Source of the DNA: Carcharhinus amblyrhynchos
Lineage: Eukaryota
Direction: 5' to 3'
Assembly: GCA_965287045.1 (NCBI GenBank)
Contig: OZ336875.1
Coordinates: forward strand, 72,540,001-72,604,000
Length of the DNA: 64,000 bases
The notes beneath the pieces were generated by a model. It was not told the origin of the DNA and made no database searches. It was given only the letters and a program-made list of their open reading frames with translations. The first letter of the stretch is position 1; the number at the start of each line of letters is the position of its first letter. The translations under genes and the position numbers were made by a program. This document shows positions 13,150 to 26,154 of this stretch, piece by piece.

Positions 13150-13528
13150 AGATAATGTCATGCTTTCACAACCTTGGATGTCACCAAATAATTTGCAACC
13201 ATGAATTGAAGTGTAACCACTGTTGCTGTCCTGCCAGCCATTATACACCCAGTAAAATTCCATAATCAAAAGATGCGTGAATAGTTAACTTGCTTTTGGT
13301 AGTATTAGATGAAGAATAATTGTTGAAAAAGAGTTTAATTGTTCTTTCAATAGCATTATGAGATCTTTTATATTACCTGAAAAGATAGACAAGTCTACAG
13401 TTTAGGAACTCATCTGACAGGCAGACTCTCCAATAATGAAATATCAGTGAAGTTCATGTGCTCAAGTCTGTAGAGGGGCTTGAGCCCAAAACCTCCTGAT
13501 TCAAAGATCAAGCTCCACTTGGACCATA
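13150..13528 (-). mobile_element. Deu-domain SINE, degenerate
   Basis: Same architecture as 17455-17835 and 40480-40870. Confidence 0.55.
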
Positions 13529-13669
13529 AGTTCATAAGAAATAGGAACAGGAGTAGGCCATTCACCACTCCCCCCACCCTGCCCCAATGAGCCAGCTCTG
13601 CCATTCAATGGGATAATGGCTGATCCAGCAGTCATTTTATGCACTTTCCAGACCTTTCCACATAACCCT

Positions 13670-14188
13670 TGTGAAATAACTCTTTAGAGGCTGGTGTTCC
13701 TTCATCAGATTCCCTTTATTTACAAACTCAATTCCACTCCTAAGAATGCTTCAGATACAAAGTCAGGATCCAGAGTTTCAGTAGCCCTGACACTCCTTAA
13801 TATATATGCAGGTGAGACTCCCTGATTGAGGTAATGATTGCCTGCCGAATCAGGGAGGTCATACTTCAAAAGGCCAACCTCATGGATTTTGTTGAGGTCA
13901 TTACACCCTTTTCCCCAATCATGGGGAGAAACAGCAGTCCATATGCGTAATGGGTCTCTTGTGGCATTTCAGTGCCAGGTCAGGTTCCTCCAACTCGGCG
14001 TCCATCATGGACGGGGCATATAGAGCAGGCAGTTCTCTCATACCACAAAGTCATAATCTGAAGTGTCAGTAGCCCTGACACAATATATGTACAGGTGAGA
14101 CCCCCTGATTGGGCAGGAAATCATTACCTCAATCAGGGAGCTCATACTCCAAGAAGCCAACCTCATGGGCCTTGTTGAGGTCATTACA
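13670..14188 (-). mobile_element. Internally deleted LTR element (one full LTR 13670-13905, PPT, partial second LTR about 14045-14188)
   Basis: TG..CA termini; direct repeat of about 145 bp; minus-strand polypurine tract ggggaaaaggg immediately before TGTAATG; AATAAA inside the LTR. Confidence 0.75.
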
Positions 14189-14235
14189 TTTTAATTTCCT
14201 TACTGATCTAAAATCTATCTCAGCCTTAAATATAC

Positions 14236-14322
14236 ACAGTAAGAAGTCTCACAACACCAGGTTCAAGTCCAACAGATATATTTGGAACCACGAGCTTTTG
14301 GAACTCTGCTCCTTCTTCACCC
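14236..14322 (-). mobile_element. Penelope-like terminal repeat fragment
   Basis: aagtctcacaacaccaggttcaagtccaacag, homologous to 34105-34190 and 24610-24715. Confidence 0.7.
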
Positions 14323-14854
14323 AAATTCTCTGACTTTGCTGAAGCAGGAACATGGTGCGAATAGCAGGTAAGGTTGTGCCCAATATCTTTCCTTAAAGAG
14401 GACCAAAACTGGTCATAGTACTCCAGATGTGATCTCACCAGTACTTTATACAGTTGCAGCAAGATTTCCCTACTTTTATACTCCAAGCCCCTTGAAATAT
14501 GGGCCAACATTCCTTCCTGATTAACTGCTATACCTGTGTTCTAGCTTTCTGTATTTTGTGCACAAGTATCCGAGTGCCTTTGTGTTGCAGCTTTCTGCAA
14601 TTTTTCTGCATTTAAATACTACTTGGGAGAGTTGGCTTTCTCAAGAGTTTTTATACACAAATGTCTACTGTACCTGCCTCTAACATACTGACTTCCCAAC
14701 ACATCTTATTTGGACTAGTTAGTGGATTAATATTTTGACTTGCTAACCCATGGTCAATTTATATTATTGAAAGCTGTTCAGATTCCATCAATTACTGATG
14801 AATGTCCCAACTCTTCATCAAAGTCCATGGGTGGCAATGACACAGGCTTGTTTC

Positions 14855-16975
14855 ATAAGAACACATGAACTAGGAGTAGGCCACTGGGCCCCTCGAATAT
14901 GCTTCGCCATTCAATAAGATCATGACTGATCTTTTCGTGGACTCAGCTCCACTTACTCGCCGCCCACTCACCATAACCCTTACTTCTTTTACTGTTCAAA
15001 AATCTATCTATCCTTGCCTTAAAAACTTTCAGTGAGGTAGCCTCAATCACTAGTCACTGGGCAGGGAATTCAACAGATTCACAACCCTTTGTGCAAAGAA
15101 GTTCCTCGCAACTAAATCCTAAATCTGATATTGGGCACAATCTTATTTTGAGGCCATGCCCCCTAGTTCTAATTTCACTTGCCAGTGGAAACAACTTCCC
15201 TGCTTCTATCTTATCTATTCCCTTCATAATCTTATAAGATCTCCCCTTTTTCTTCTGAATTCCAATGAGAATAGCCCCAGTCTTCTCAGTCTCTCCTCAT
15301 AAGCCAACGCTCTCAACTCTGGAATCAACCTAGTGAATCTCATCTGCACCTCCTCCAGTGCCAGTACATCCTTTCTCAAGTAAGGAGACCAAAACTGTAC
15401 TCTACGTGTGACCTCACCAGCACTTTATACAGCTGCAACATAACCTCACTGTTTTTAAACTCTATCCCTCTATCAATGAAGGAGGAAATTCCATTTGCCT
15501 TCTTAATTACTTGCCGCACCTGCAAACCAACTCCCAGGTCCCTCTGCCCAGCAGCATGCTGCAATATTTTACCATTTAAATAAAAATCCATTTTGCTGTT
15601 ATTCGTACCAAAATGGATGACCTCATATTTACCAACATTGCATCCATCTGCCAGACACTCGCCCGCTCAATCAGATTATCTATATCCCTTTGCAGACTTT
15701 GTGTCCTCTGCACACTTTGCTCTGCCACTTATCTCAGTGTCATCTGTGAATTTTAACACATGACACTTAGTCCCCAACTCCAAATCATCTATGTAACTCG
15801 TAAACAATTACGGTCCCACACTGATCCCTAAGGTACACCACTAGTCACTGATCACCAACCAAAAAAACACCCATTTACCCCTAATCTTTGCTTTGTTAGT
15901 TAACCAATCCTCTATTCGTGTTAATGCAATACCCGTAACACCGTGCATCTTTACCTTATGCAGCAGTCTTTGGTATGGCACCTTGTCAAATGCCTTCTGG
16001 AGATCCAGATATGCCACATCCACAGGTTCCCCACTGTCCACTGCGCATGTAATGTTCTCAAACAATTCCACCAAATTAGTCAAACATGATCTGCCCTTCA
16101 TGAATCCATGCTGCGTCTTACCAACAGGACAATTTAAATCTAGATGTTTTGCTATTTCTTCCTTGATGATAGATTCAAGCATTTTCCCTACTATAGAAGT
16201 TAAGCTAACCAGCCTATAGTTACCCACCTTTTGTCTACCCCCTTTTTTAAACAGTGGCGTCATATTTGTTGTTTTCCAATCTGCAGGAACCACCCCAAAA
16301 TCCAGCAAATTTTGGTAAATTACCACTAGTGCATTTGCTATTTTCCCCGCCATCTCTTTTAGTACTCTGGGATGCATTCCATCAGGACCAGGAGACTTGT
16401 CTACCTTTAGACCCATTAGCTTGCCCAACACTACCTCTTTTGTGATAATGATAGTTTCTAGGTCCTCACCTGCCATAGCCTTCCTGTCATCAATTTCTGC
16501 ACATTACTTGTGTCTTAACACTGTGAGGATCAACACAAAATACCTGTTCAATGCCTCAGCCATATTCTCATTTCCAGTTATTACATCTCCCTTATTATCC
16601 TCTAAAGGACCAATGTTTACTTTAGCACTCTTTGTTGTTCCATATATTTGTAGAAACTTTTGCTATGCTTTTATATTCTGAGCTAGTTTACTCTCATAAT
16701 TCATCTTACTTTTCTTTATAGCTTTTTTGTGGCTTTCTGTTGATCTTTAAAGATATCCCAATCCTCTAGTTTCCCACTAACCTTTGTCAGTTTGTATATT
16801 TTTTTTTCAATTTGATACCTTCCTTTATTTCCTTAGATATCTAAGGCTGATTATCTCTTTTTCTGCAGTCCTTCCTTATACTTTTGCTGAGCACTGTGAA
16901 AGATCACTTTCAACGTCCTTCACTGTTCTTCAATTGTCCCACCATAAAGTTTTTGCTCCCAGTCTACCTTAGCCA
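14855..16975 (-). mobile_element. 5'-truncated CR1 LINE (RT)
   Basis: DKSPGPDGMHPRVLKE, NYRLVSLTS, QHGFMKGRSCLTNL, YLDLQKAFDKVP; CR1 3' tail at 14855. Confidence 0.92.
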
Positions 16976-17454
16976 ACTAAAATCTCAATTCTGTTCCTAA
17001 AGCCTCTCAACTTCGATAGGTGCTAACTCCTTGCGATTTCACCAACTCATATGGTGGGTGGTTCTGTGATTTTTGGAAGCCAGCTGCATTGCTATGCTCT
17101 GTTAGCCTGACTGTCCAGTTATGAGTCATTGTCGGGGGAATCATGCTGTAAAAGTCATGCTTAATTGGCAACTATTCCTGTATCTCTGAGAACCTTCAAT
17201 AAGAACTCCTAGACAATGGTGATTATTGCATCATTTCCTTCTTAGGCTCCTTTTGCTTTTCCATTTTTGCTTCTGAGAGTTTAGAGAAGACTTGTCTATT
17301 GTGAGCCACTGGGGGAACAAAAGCATGTACAATCACAGAGGAAAGAGAAATGTACTGTCTCATAATGGTAGCAAGTAAAAAAACCTACCATGGATACATT
17401 AAACTGCAGAACCTCTGAAATTCAGTGTTAATAGCTGAAAAAGTGAAAATTAAA

Positions 17455-17835
17455 AAAAAACTTTCATTTATATAGCTTCTCCTAAAGCACTTCACACCCA
17501 AAGAATTACTTTTGATGTGCAGCGTTGGAAATCTGGTTGTCACTTTACACAGCAAGTTCCCACAGACAGCCAGGCGTTAATAACGGATGACCTATTTTTG
17601 TGGTATTGGTTGAGAAGTAAATACTAGTCAAGATGCCAGGGGGGAGCTTCCCTGCACTTTTTCAAAGTATGCCATGGGACATTTTGGGAGGCCTCAATTT
17701 AACATCATTTAGCATCTCCAACACTGTGGCATACCCTTGAACTGTACTGGAACGTCAACCTAGATTTTGTGCTCGAGTCTTTGGAGTGAGAATTGTACCC
17801 ACGACCTTCTAACTCGGGAGTAAATGGTGTGCTAA
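17455..17835 (-). mobile_element. Deu-domain SINE (SacSINE1-like)
   Basis: Reverse reads tRNA head, gatgttaaattgaggcc, cccatggcatactttgaa..gcagggaag..tcttgactagtattta, tail gctatataaatgaaag. Confidence 0.65.
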
Positions 17836-17993
17836 ACAGTCATAGCAGAAAGCAAGAACAATATTCCAAAGTGTACAACCACAGTGGCTAAAACAAAGGG
17901 TACTGTCACTTAGAACATAGAACACTACAGCACAAACAGGCCCTTCGGCCCACAAGTTGCGCCGATCACATCAATACCTACCAATCCATAGGC

Positions 17994-20891
17994 CTATCTA
18001 TAACCCCCAATCCCATTAAATCCCATATACTCATCCAGAAGTCTTTTAAAAGACCCCAGCGAGTTCGCCTCCACCACCACTGACGGCAGCCGATTCCATT
18101 CACTCACCACCCTCTGAGTGAAAAACTTACCCCTAACATCACCTCCGTACTTGCCTCCCCGCACCTTAAATCTGTGTCCTCTCGTAGCGACCATTTCAAC
18201 CCGGAGAAATAGCCTCTGAGAATCCACCCTATCTATTCCTCTCAACATTTTATAAACCTCTATCAGGTCGCCTCTCAACCTTCGTCTCTCCAGGGAGAAG
18301 AGTCCCAGCTCCCTCAACCTAAGGCATGCCTCCCAATCCAGGCAACATCCTTGTAAATCTCCTCTGTACCCTTTCAATAGCTTCTACGTCCTTCCTATCG
18401 TGAGGCGACCAGAACTGCGCACATTACTCCAAATGGGGCCTGACAAGGGTCTTATAAAGCTGCAGCATTACCTCCCGACTCCAAAACTCAATCCCTCGAT
18501 TAATGAAGGCCAGTACACCATACGCCTTCTTGGCCACATCCTCCGCCTGCGAGGCCGATTTAAGAGTCCTGTGGACCCGAACCCCAAGATCCTTCTGCTC
18601 TTCAACACTGCTAAGACTCCTGCCCTTGATAGTGTACTCGTTCATCCCACTGGTCCTGCCAAAATGGACCACTACACATTTATCCGCGTTGAAGTCCATC
18701 TGCCACTTCTCCGCCCAGTCTTGCATCCTATTTATGTCCTGCTGCAACTTCTGACATCCTTCCAGACTATCCACAACACCACCGACCTTCGTGTCATCGG
18801 CGAACTTACTAACCCATCCCTCCACTTCCTCATCTAGGTCATTTATGAAAATGACAAACAGCAAGGGTCCTAGAACAGATCCTTGGGGCACTCCACTGGT
18901 GACTGACCTCCATGCAGAAAAAGACCCATCCACAACCACTCTCTGCCTTCTGCAGGCAAGCCAGTTCTGGATCCACAAGGCCAAAGCCCCTTGGATCCCA
19001 TGCCCTCTCACCTTCTCAAGAAGTCTTGCATGGGGGACCTTATCAAATGCCTTGCTGAAGTCCATGTACACCACGTCCACTGCACTTCCTTCGTCAATGT
19101 GTTCAGTCACATTTTCGAAGAACTCAACAAGGCTCGTAAGGCACGGCCTGCCCTTGACAAAACCATGCTATTTCTGATCACGCTAAACCTCTCCAAATGC
19201 TCATAAATCTTGTCCCTCAGAAGCCTCTCAATCAGCTTACCAACCACTGAGGTCAGACTCACCGGTCGGTAATTTCCCGGGCTATCTCTGTTCCCTTTCT
19301 TGAAAATAGGGACCACATCCGCAATCCTCCAATCCTCCGGAACCTCTCCCGTCTCCTTTGATGACGCAAAGATCATCGCCAGGGGCTCTGCAATCACCTC
19401 CCTCACCTCCCACAGTAACTTGGGATACATCCCTTCTGGTCCCGGCGACTTATCTATCTTGATAGAATTCAAAAGTTCTAACACATGCTCTTCCTTAAAA
19501 TCCACATACTCAATCTTTTCCATTTGCTGCAAACCTGTAGCAAAATCTCCCAGATCAGTTCCCACCGTGAATACTGAGGCAAAGTACTCATTAAGCACCT
19601 CTGCCATTTCTTCTGGTTCCACACAGACCTTTCCCCCTTCACCTTTTATAGGTCCTATCCCTTCTCTTCTCATCCTTTTACTTTTCACATATTTATAGAA
19701 GGCCTTGGTATTCTCCTTAATCTTACCTGCCAAGGCCTTCTCATGACCCCTTCTGGCTCTCCTAATTTCCCTTTTAAGCTCCTTTCTACAATCCTTATAC
19801 TCCTCTAGATCCTTAACATCTCCTAGCTCCCTGAACCTTTTGTACACCTTCCTTTTCCTCCTGACTAGGTTCACCACAGCCTTCGTGCACCACGGTTCCC
19901 GTGACCTACCAAAACTTCCTTGTCTCATCGGAATTTTGTCGTGCAGAGCTCCAGGCAAACATTCCTTGAATATCCGCCACCTTCCTTCTGTACTTTTCCC
20001 CAAGAATGCCTCCTTCCAGTTTATTTGTCCAATTAACTTCCTGACGTCTTCGTATTTCCCCTTACTCCAGGCAAACACCTTCCTAGCCTGCCTGATCCTA
20101 TCTCGTTCCAATGCAATTGTGAAGGAGATAGAATTATAATCACCATTCCCAAGATGCTCTCCTACCGAGAGATCCGTCACCTGTCCTGGTTCATTCGCCA
20201 GTACCAGGTCAAGTACAGCCTCTCCTCTCGTAGGCTTATCCACGTACTGTGTCAGGAAACCTTCCTGAACACACCTAACAAACTCCTCCCCATCCAAACC
20301 CCTTACCCTTGGGATATTCCAATCGATGTTTGGGAAATTGAAGTCCCCCATCACGACAACTCTGTTATTACTACATCTCTCTAGAATCTGTTTCCCTATC
20401 TGCACCTCAACTTCCCTGTCACTATTGGGCGACCTATAGAATACACCCAGCAAAGTTTTCGACCCTTTGCTGTTCCTAACTTCCACCCACAGAGACTCTG
20501 TAGATAGTCCCTCCAAGGCATCCTCCTTCTCTGCAGCCATGACACTGTCCCTGATCAACAGTGCCACTCCACCACCTCTTTTGCCTCCCTCCCTGTCCTT
20601 CCTGAAGCATCTGAATCCTGGCACCTGAAGTACCCAGTCCTGTCCCTGAGAGATCCAAGTCTCCGTAATGGCCACCACATCACATTCCCAAGCAGCAATC
20701 CACGCCCTAAGCTCATCTACCTTATTTACTACACTCCTGGCGTTAAAATAGATACACTTCAGCCCCTCAGTCTGGACATTTCCCTTCTCCACCCACTGTC
20801 TAACCTCCCTCCCATACTGCCTGCAGTCCTTCCCTACCTGGGAGCTAACCTCCTCGGTCCCAGTCTCCCCATCACAATTCCCTCCCCCCAT
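17994..20891 (-). pseudogene. CR1 ORF2 (APE endonuclease plus RT), disrupted
   Basis: YFNARS, AITETW, MGDFNFP, NYRPVSLTS, YMDFSKAFDKVPH, GVPQGSVLGP, FADD; frameshift near 19165, TAA at 18424-18426, frameshift near 18320. Confidence 0.93.
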
Positions 20892-20896
20892 CCTTT

Positions 20897-21820
20897 CTAG
20901 TTTAAAGTTCCCCCAGAAGCCCTAGCCAGTCTTCCCACCAAGACATTAGTCCCCCTGGGATTCAAGTGCCACCCGTCTTTACTGTACAGGTCACACCTGC
21001 CCCTAAAGAGATCCCAATGATCTAGGAACCGAAATCCCTGCCCCCTGCTCCAGTCCCTCAGCCACGCATTCAGCCTCCACCTCATTCCATTCCTGCCCTC
21101 ATTCTCCCGTGGCACAGGCAGCAATCCTGAGATTACTACCTTGGCTTTCCTCTTCCTCAGCTGCCTACCCAGTTCCCTATAGTCCCTTTTCCCGACTGCC
21201 TCCCTCTTCTTGCCTACATCAGCAGTACCTATATGCACTACAACCTCCGGTTCCTCACCCTCCCCTTTCAGGATGTCTGGGACACGCCCAGAGACATCCC
21301 GGATCCCAGCTCCAGGGAGACAAACCACCATCCGCGACTCACGTCTACGTCCACAAAAACGCCTGTCCGCCCCCCTCACTGTGGAGTCCCCTATTAATAC
21401 TACCTTTCTGCTCTCTTTTTTAATTTTTTGACATACTGGCTCAGCTCCAGAGACCTGGCCACTGCTGCCTCCCTCGGATGAGCTGTCCCCCCCAGTAGTA
21501 CTCAGGCAGGAGTACTTATTTTGAAGGGGGACATCCACCGGCGTGCTCTCCATCACCTGAGGTTTCCCCTTCCTAATAGTTACCCATGTGCCTTCTTCCC
21601 GTTGCCCTGGTGTGACTACTTGCTGATAGCTCCTGTCAATTATCTCCTCACTCTCTCTAATGAGCCGAAGGTCCTCGAGCTGCATTTGCAGCTCCTTAAC
21701 CTGGTTCCGTAGGGACTGCAGCTCCACACACCGAGCACAGGTGTGGATGTCTGGTAGACCTGGAGCCTCCAAGACCTCCCACATGTTGCACTGACAACAA
21801 CATTCTGGCCTCACACCCAT
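20897..21820 (-). CDS. CR1 ORF1p: Cys zinc motif, coiled coil and SGNH/GDSL esterase
   Basis: CCQC..CARC, heptad VELQSLRNQVKELQMQLEDL, LIGDSTVRG, VHIGTAD, DGWHLN; intact 307 aa. Confidence 0.9.
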   Translation of the reverse strand: MGVRPECCCQCNMWEVLEAPGLPDIHTCARCVELQSLRNQVKELQMQLEDLRLIRESEEIIDRSYQQVVTPGQREEGTWVTIRKGKPQVMESTPVDVPLQNKYSCLSTTGGDSSSEGGSSGQVSGAEPVCQKIKKESRKVVLIGDSTVRGADRRFCGRRRESRMVVCLPGAGIRDVSGRVPDILKGEGEEPEVVVHIGTADVGKKREAVGKRDYRELGRQLRKRKAKVVISGLLPVPRENEGRNGMRWRLNAWLRDWSRGQGFRFLDHWDLFRGRCDLYSKDGWHLNPRGTNVLVGRLARASGGTLN

Positions 21821-22199
21821 ACTTGCCCCTTTTTAGTAACCCAGAGGAAAAAGTTAAAAAAAAACTTATAACTTACCTTGCCTCACCCTTATCTCTTTGG
21901 CCCTGTGAGCCAAAGCCCTTACAGCACACTCAAATACAAAAACAAACTTACCTGCTCTCAGTCAGAGCCCCTCTCTCTCTCTTTTAGGTTAGAGGAGGGG
22001 GGAGGGCTGGGATACTCTACCTATGTAGAGTATCGGGATTCCTCACCGGTCTAATTTATAGTAAGGTAAAAAAAAACTCTACCCGAGTGCCTTAGCAACT
22101 GCTTCCGGTATTAAATTTAAAGAAAAAAAACTAGTAAAAAGTTAGCTTTAATTGCAATGTTAATGTAAGTCCACTTGTGACACTAATAAATAAACTTTA

Positions 22200-22550
22200 A
22201 TGTTGCTGAGGGGGGAGATATGAAATGAGAAGGAATCCAGCATCAGAGCAATGACCATATTATTGAAGGAGGTGGCTGAGTCGGGGGTGGCAAGGCTCTG
22301 AAGAGTTTGGAAATCAAGAATGTGATCCTTAAAGTCAATTTGTTGAGATGTGAGGAGGAATATTGTTTGGCAAGGTGGGGGGTTGGGGGGGATTTTGTGT
22401 AGTGGAGGACATTGTAATCGGAATATGGTGGAATTATGGCGACAGGAAAGGTTTTGAGGCTGCAGAAGTCAATCTCAGAAAGGATAATAGCACAGGTAAT
22501 CATTTCAGCAGCAGTGAGGGCGAGTTAAGGTGCAAGGTGTGATCAGCACA
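22200..22550 (-). mobile_element. Old L2-like RT/3' fragment
   Basis: Degenerate similarity only. Confidence 0.35.
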
Positions 22551-23609
22551 CACAATACGAATGTCAAATTATTCTTGTATGATTTCTGTGCTGAATCAAC
22601 TGTATGCAAAGCTTCTAATTTATTTTATAAAGCAGAAACACAAAGAACATTGGTGATACAGTAACTCCCTGCAAAACAAAAATATGTCAGGTCCACACAA
22701 AAAAAAGTTGGATTAATTGTGATTAAAGCCTGAAAAGGCAAGCTTCAAAGGACATGTCTGTTCAGCGCGTGACACTGATGGATGGTCACTGGATCTGAGC
22801 TAACTGTGTGAATTCTATTAAATATTCCATCGTGCAGACTGGTCTGCATACTTCAGAATGACAGGAAAATGCATATTCAGAAGTCTACATTTTGACCAGA
22901 TACTGTAAACCACTTCCTAACAATTTTAAAATATATTTGTGCTATCACTGCAGTTTTAGCTTTTTTTTAAACAAACTTCTTGGGCTGAATTCTGCAAGGA
23001 GCATTGGGAATCCAATGTCAGAGTAAAAAAAAACAAATCTTGAGTCTGCACTTGCAGGCAGCAGGACCTACTCATCAATTTACCACATATGACTTCTAAA
23101 TACCAGGCTATGGGTGTCCTGTCCAATTCATGCAGCAGATGGGCTCCAATCACAAGGCCAGGAGTTCTGTGAGGTCTCAGGAGTGCGATATAGAAAGGCA
23201 GTCGCCATTGAGGAATGCAGGAGACCTGGAGGTTAGTTAAAAATTCACAAGCCAAGAGTTGAAGAGCAGGTTGTTGGAGTCCTAGTTGCTGCCTTCCCTG
23301 CCTACAGTCCTTTGTTTGATCCATGGAGTCTTCTCCTGGATGGTTGGCAGGGAGGCTGCCTTCATTTTGCTGGCAGACTTCCCACGTGGCAGGAGGTTAC
23401 CCCCCTCCATTGGGAAAATAACAACAGATCATAAAATGGGTCTGCCACCTCTGTTCACTTCCAGTTTTACCATTGTTAAAATATCCCAATGGGTGGCACC
23501 ACATCAGGGAGCTGATTCAATTCGGCTCCCCAGATTCTCCTGTTTGCCACTGCTTCCAGTCCACTTCCCAGTCACCAGTAAAATTTGAATATTGCTGAAA
23601 AAGAAACTT

Positions 23610-25695
23610 GTCAAAGCTTTTGAAATGCGTACCCATTTGAAATATATCCACACTGTAAACTCACTTAAGCAGAAGTGGTTTGGCAATGAAACTGATGATG
23701 CAACTAAACATCTAACAAGCCTCTCTGATGACGTACTCTCAGAAAGCAAGCTGTTTGTTCGTTTGCATGGTTTTCGTTTTGGTGTCCTTCACCCCAAATC
23801 AATAGTAAGAGGTATTTGTTGAATTCAAACTTCTCTATTCCCAACCACCCCACCACAAACCAGTGTCCACTAGATGCTGAATCCTTGAAAGTGTGCTTAG
23901 CTGACCTAGTGCAAGCATATTGCAAAGATTCTAAATGACCTGTCTTTTGACATGAAAGGTGAACATCGTAGAGTATTGCGCGGCCTTGACCTGGATATCA
24001 ACATCAGTAAACCTGATAAAAGAGATGGGAATGGTCGTTCTTAACAAGTGTGAGTATATAGCAAAACGCACATCATTCTTAATGACAATTACAGATTTGC
24101 ATCCGTTGGACCTGCTGATTAACAACACCAGATAGCCTTGTTTAAGCAAAAGAATTACACTTGTTGGACTAATGTAAGAACGTAATATATATGGCAGTGT
24201 TTATCAGGCAAGACTGTTCCGTTCCTGTTGACGAATAATTCAGTGGTCACGGGCATTTGGCCTCTGACCATCGGGTAAGCGTTCTCCAAGGCGGCCTTCA
24301 CGACACACGACAGCGCAGAGTCGCTGAGCAAAGACTGATAGCGAAGTTCCGCACACGAGGACGGTTTCAACTGGGATCTTGGGTTCATGTCACACTGTGA
24401 CCCCCATGACTTGCCTGGGTTTGCAAAACCTCACTTACTGTACTGTCTGGAGACAATACACATCTCTTTAACCTGTGCCTAATGCTCTTGCCACTCATAT
24501 TGTCTGCATCTTTAAGACTTGAATAGCAGGTTAGTTGTAAAGACTTGCATTCTAATCAGCAATCTGTAAACTGTCTGTGCCGTTATATGCTCTGTCTGAG
24601 GCCAGAACTCTTCATTCACCTGACGAAGGGGCAAACCCCAAAAGCTTGTGAGTTTACTATCAAGTAAATTGGTTGGACTTTAACCTGGTGTTGTGAGACT
24701 TCTTACAGTGTTCATCCTCACAGCTCACTCTGTCTATATCTGCATGGGTTGCCAAAGGCACACGTGATGTTTCTTTATACCCTATCTTATGTATGGTTTT
24801 GCACAGAATGAATTGGCCAAATAATTTGGTGAACTGTTAGAACAAGTTCTGATTATGTTTTCCATATGCATGGTGAAGATTCCTTCACATTTGCAAAAAC
24901 TATACAGGACTATACACGGCACATGGATAGTGATGCCATGTCCATGTGTTCAGACATTGCTAGCCTAGTCAGTCACCAATGTTCCTTTTAAGGAAGCCAT
25001 AGATATTTGCACCACAGCACCATATCATGGCAATCTATATCCACGACCAATGCATTCATTGAACTTATGAATGTGGCAATTCATGCAATTCAGTTCAGTT
25101 TTAATGAGAATATGTATGTCATGGGGATCCCCTTTAGGCCCAACACTCGCAAACATCACTGTTGGATCCTACAAGAAACATTTCTTTGTTAAAATTACAT
25201 CTAATCCCGTTATCCCTTGCATACTTCTGATACGTGGTTCAAACATTTGCTATATTTCAACCCACAGCTGTATGTAATACTCTCCTTACATGTCTTAATA
25301 GGCTCCATCCAGTGCTCCCATTCCTTAACATACTAATTGCAAAATCTACTAAGGGGTTCTCTACCTTCGTTGGTCAATACATTCTTACTGTTCCACATGT
25401 TTTAAGATTGGCCTTATCGATAAATAGGGACCAGACCATTTACTCACCAAGCAAGCTTGGTGCTGAAATAGGGTGCAGTCATCCAGCAGGATAATGGCGA
25501 CCCCAATCAGATCATTTTGTGTTGCATAAAACTCAAACAGGCCTAAGGCTATCACTTCTGCCCCTGGAAAGTGCCCAGCCTATCTCAGATTATTCTGAAA
25601 GGACAGGATATCTGGAAATTTGAACAACATATGAAATAGACCTCATGTTGCTACTATGTAGTAGCAACACAAGTGGTATTCACCCCCACCAGAAG
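23610..25695 (+). mobile_element. Penelope-like RT pseudogene, interrupted at 24230-24720
   Basis: Frameshifted motifs INISKPDK..MVVLNKCEYIAK, LHGLPK, DSFTFAK, DIASL..TNVPFKEAIDIC, GSPLGPTLANI, LPFLNILI. Confidence 0.8.
24230..24720 (+). mobile_element. 3' end of a second Penelope family (GIY-YIG C-terminus plus terminal repeat)
   Basis: FSGHGHLASDHRVSVLQGGLHDTRQRRVAEQRLIAKFR; terminal repeat with a degenerate hammerhead motif at 24620. Confidence 0.8.
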
Positions 25696-26154
25696 TTTCA
25701 TATGAGGACATTAAAAGTAACAAGTCAGAAAATTTTAAGTGTATTTAGTTAGTTATATTGCAATATTATTTGTAAGGAATAAGGAACTAATTTGTTATGT
25801 GAATGTACATCAGGGATGACATATTCACTGCTGCACGGCAGTCAGGTGCCAACCAATAACATGCCAGTCCGCCAGACACATGGAGAACTGCAAGAAATAC
25901 ATTCGATGAAGCTTTGGAATCATGAGACATAACAGTTAAAATCTTTTTAAAAATTCTTTGAATTTGGGACAGAAACCGAGCACCAAAAGGAAGCAGATAT
26001 TAATCACTATTTAAAATAAAGGAGCACGGGACAAACCAGGCCAGTGCGAATCGAGGAAAGGGAAAATCGTTAACTCCAGCATCAAAAAACAGATAAAGTG
26101 AGCACTTGGAAAATATTGAGGTGATTAGGGAGAATCTTTGTTACAAATTAAATT

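Larger units (their letters stand above)
13532..14620 (-). mobile_element. CR1 3' fragment interrupted by an LTR element and a Penelope-LTR fragment
   Basis: Tail cataagaaataggaacaggagtaggcc; ORF RGLEYKSREILLQLYKVLVRSHLEY. Confidence 0.8.
17911..22130 (-). mobile_element. Full-length, young CR1 LINE (5'UTR, ORF1, ORF2, 3' tail)
   Basis: Two consecutive ORFs; tail gggccgaagggcctgtttgtgctgtagtgttctatgttcta; only about three lesions in ORF2. Confidence 0.95.

Noticed and set aside
18400-21712. Many plus-strand ORFs of 70-145 aa (also 50244-50687, 57576-58031)
   Set aside because: Antisense shadows of CR1 coding sequence with no independent protein motifs.
21985-22060. HDV-like ribozyme in the CR1 5'UTR (also the gctgggcaaca motif near 56795)
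   Set aside because: The nested double pseudoknot could not be built; the second motif is better explained as a decayed SINE head.
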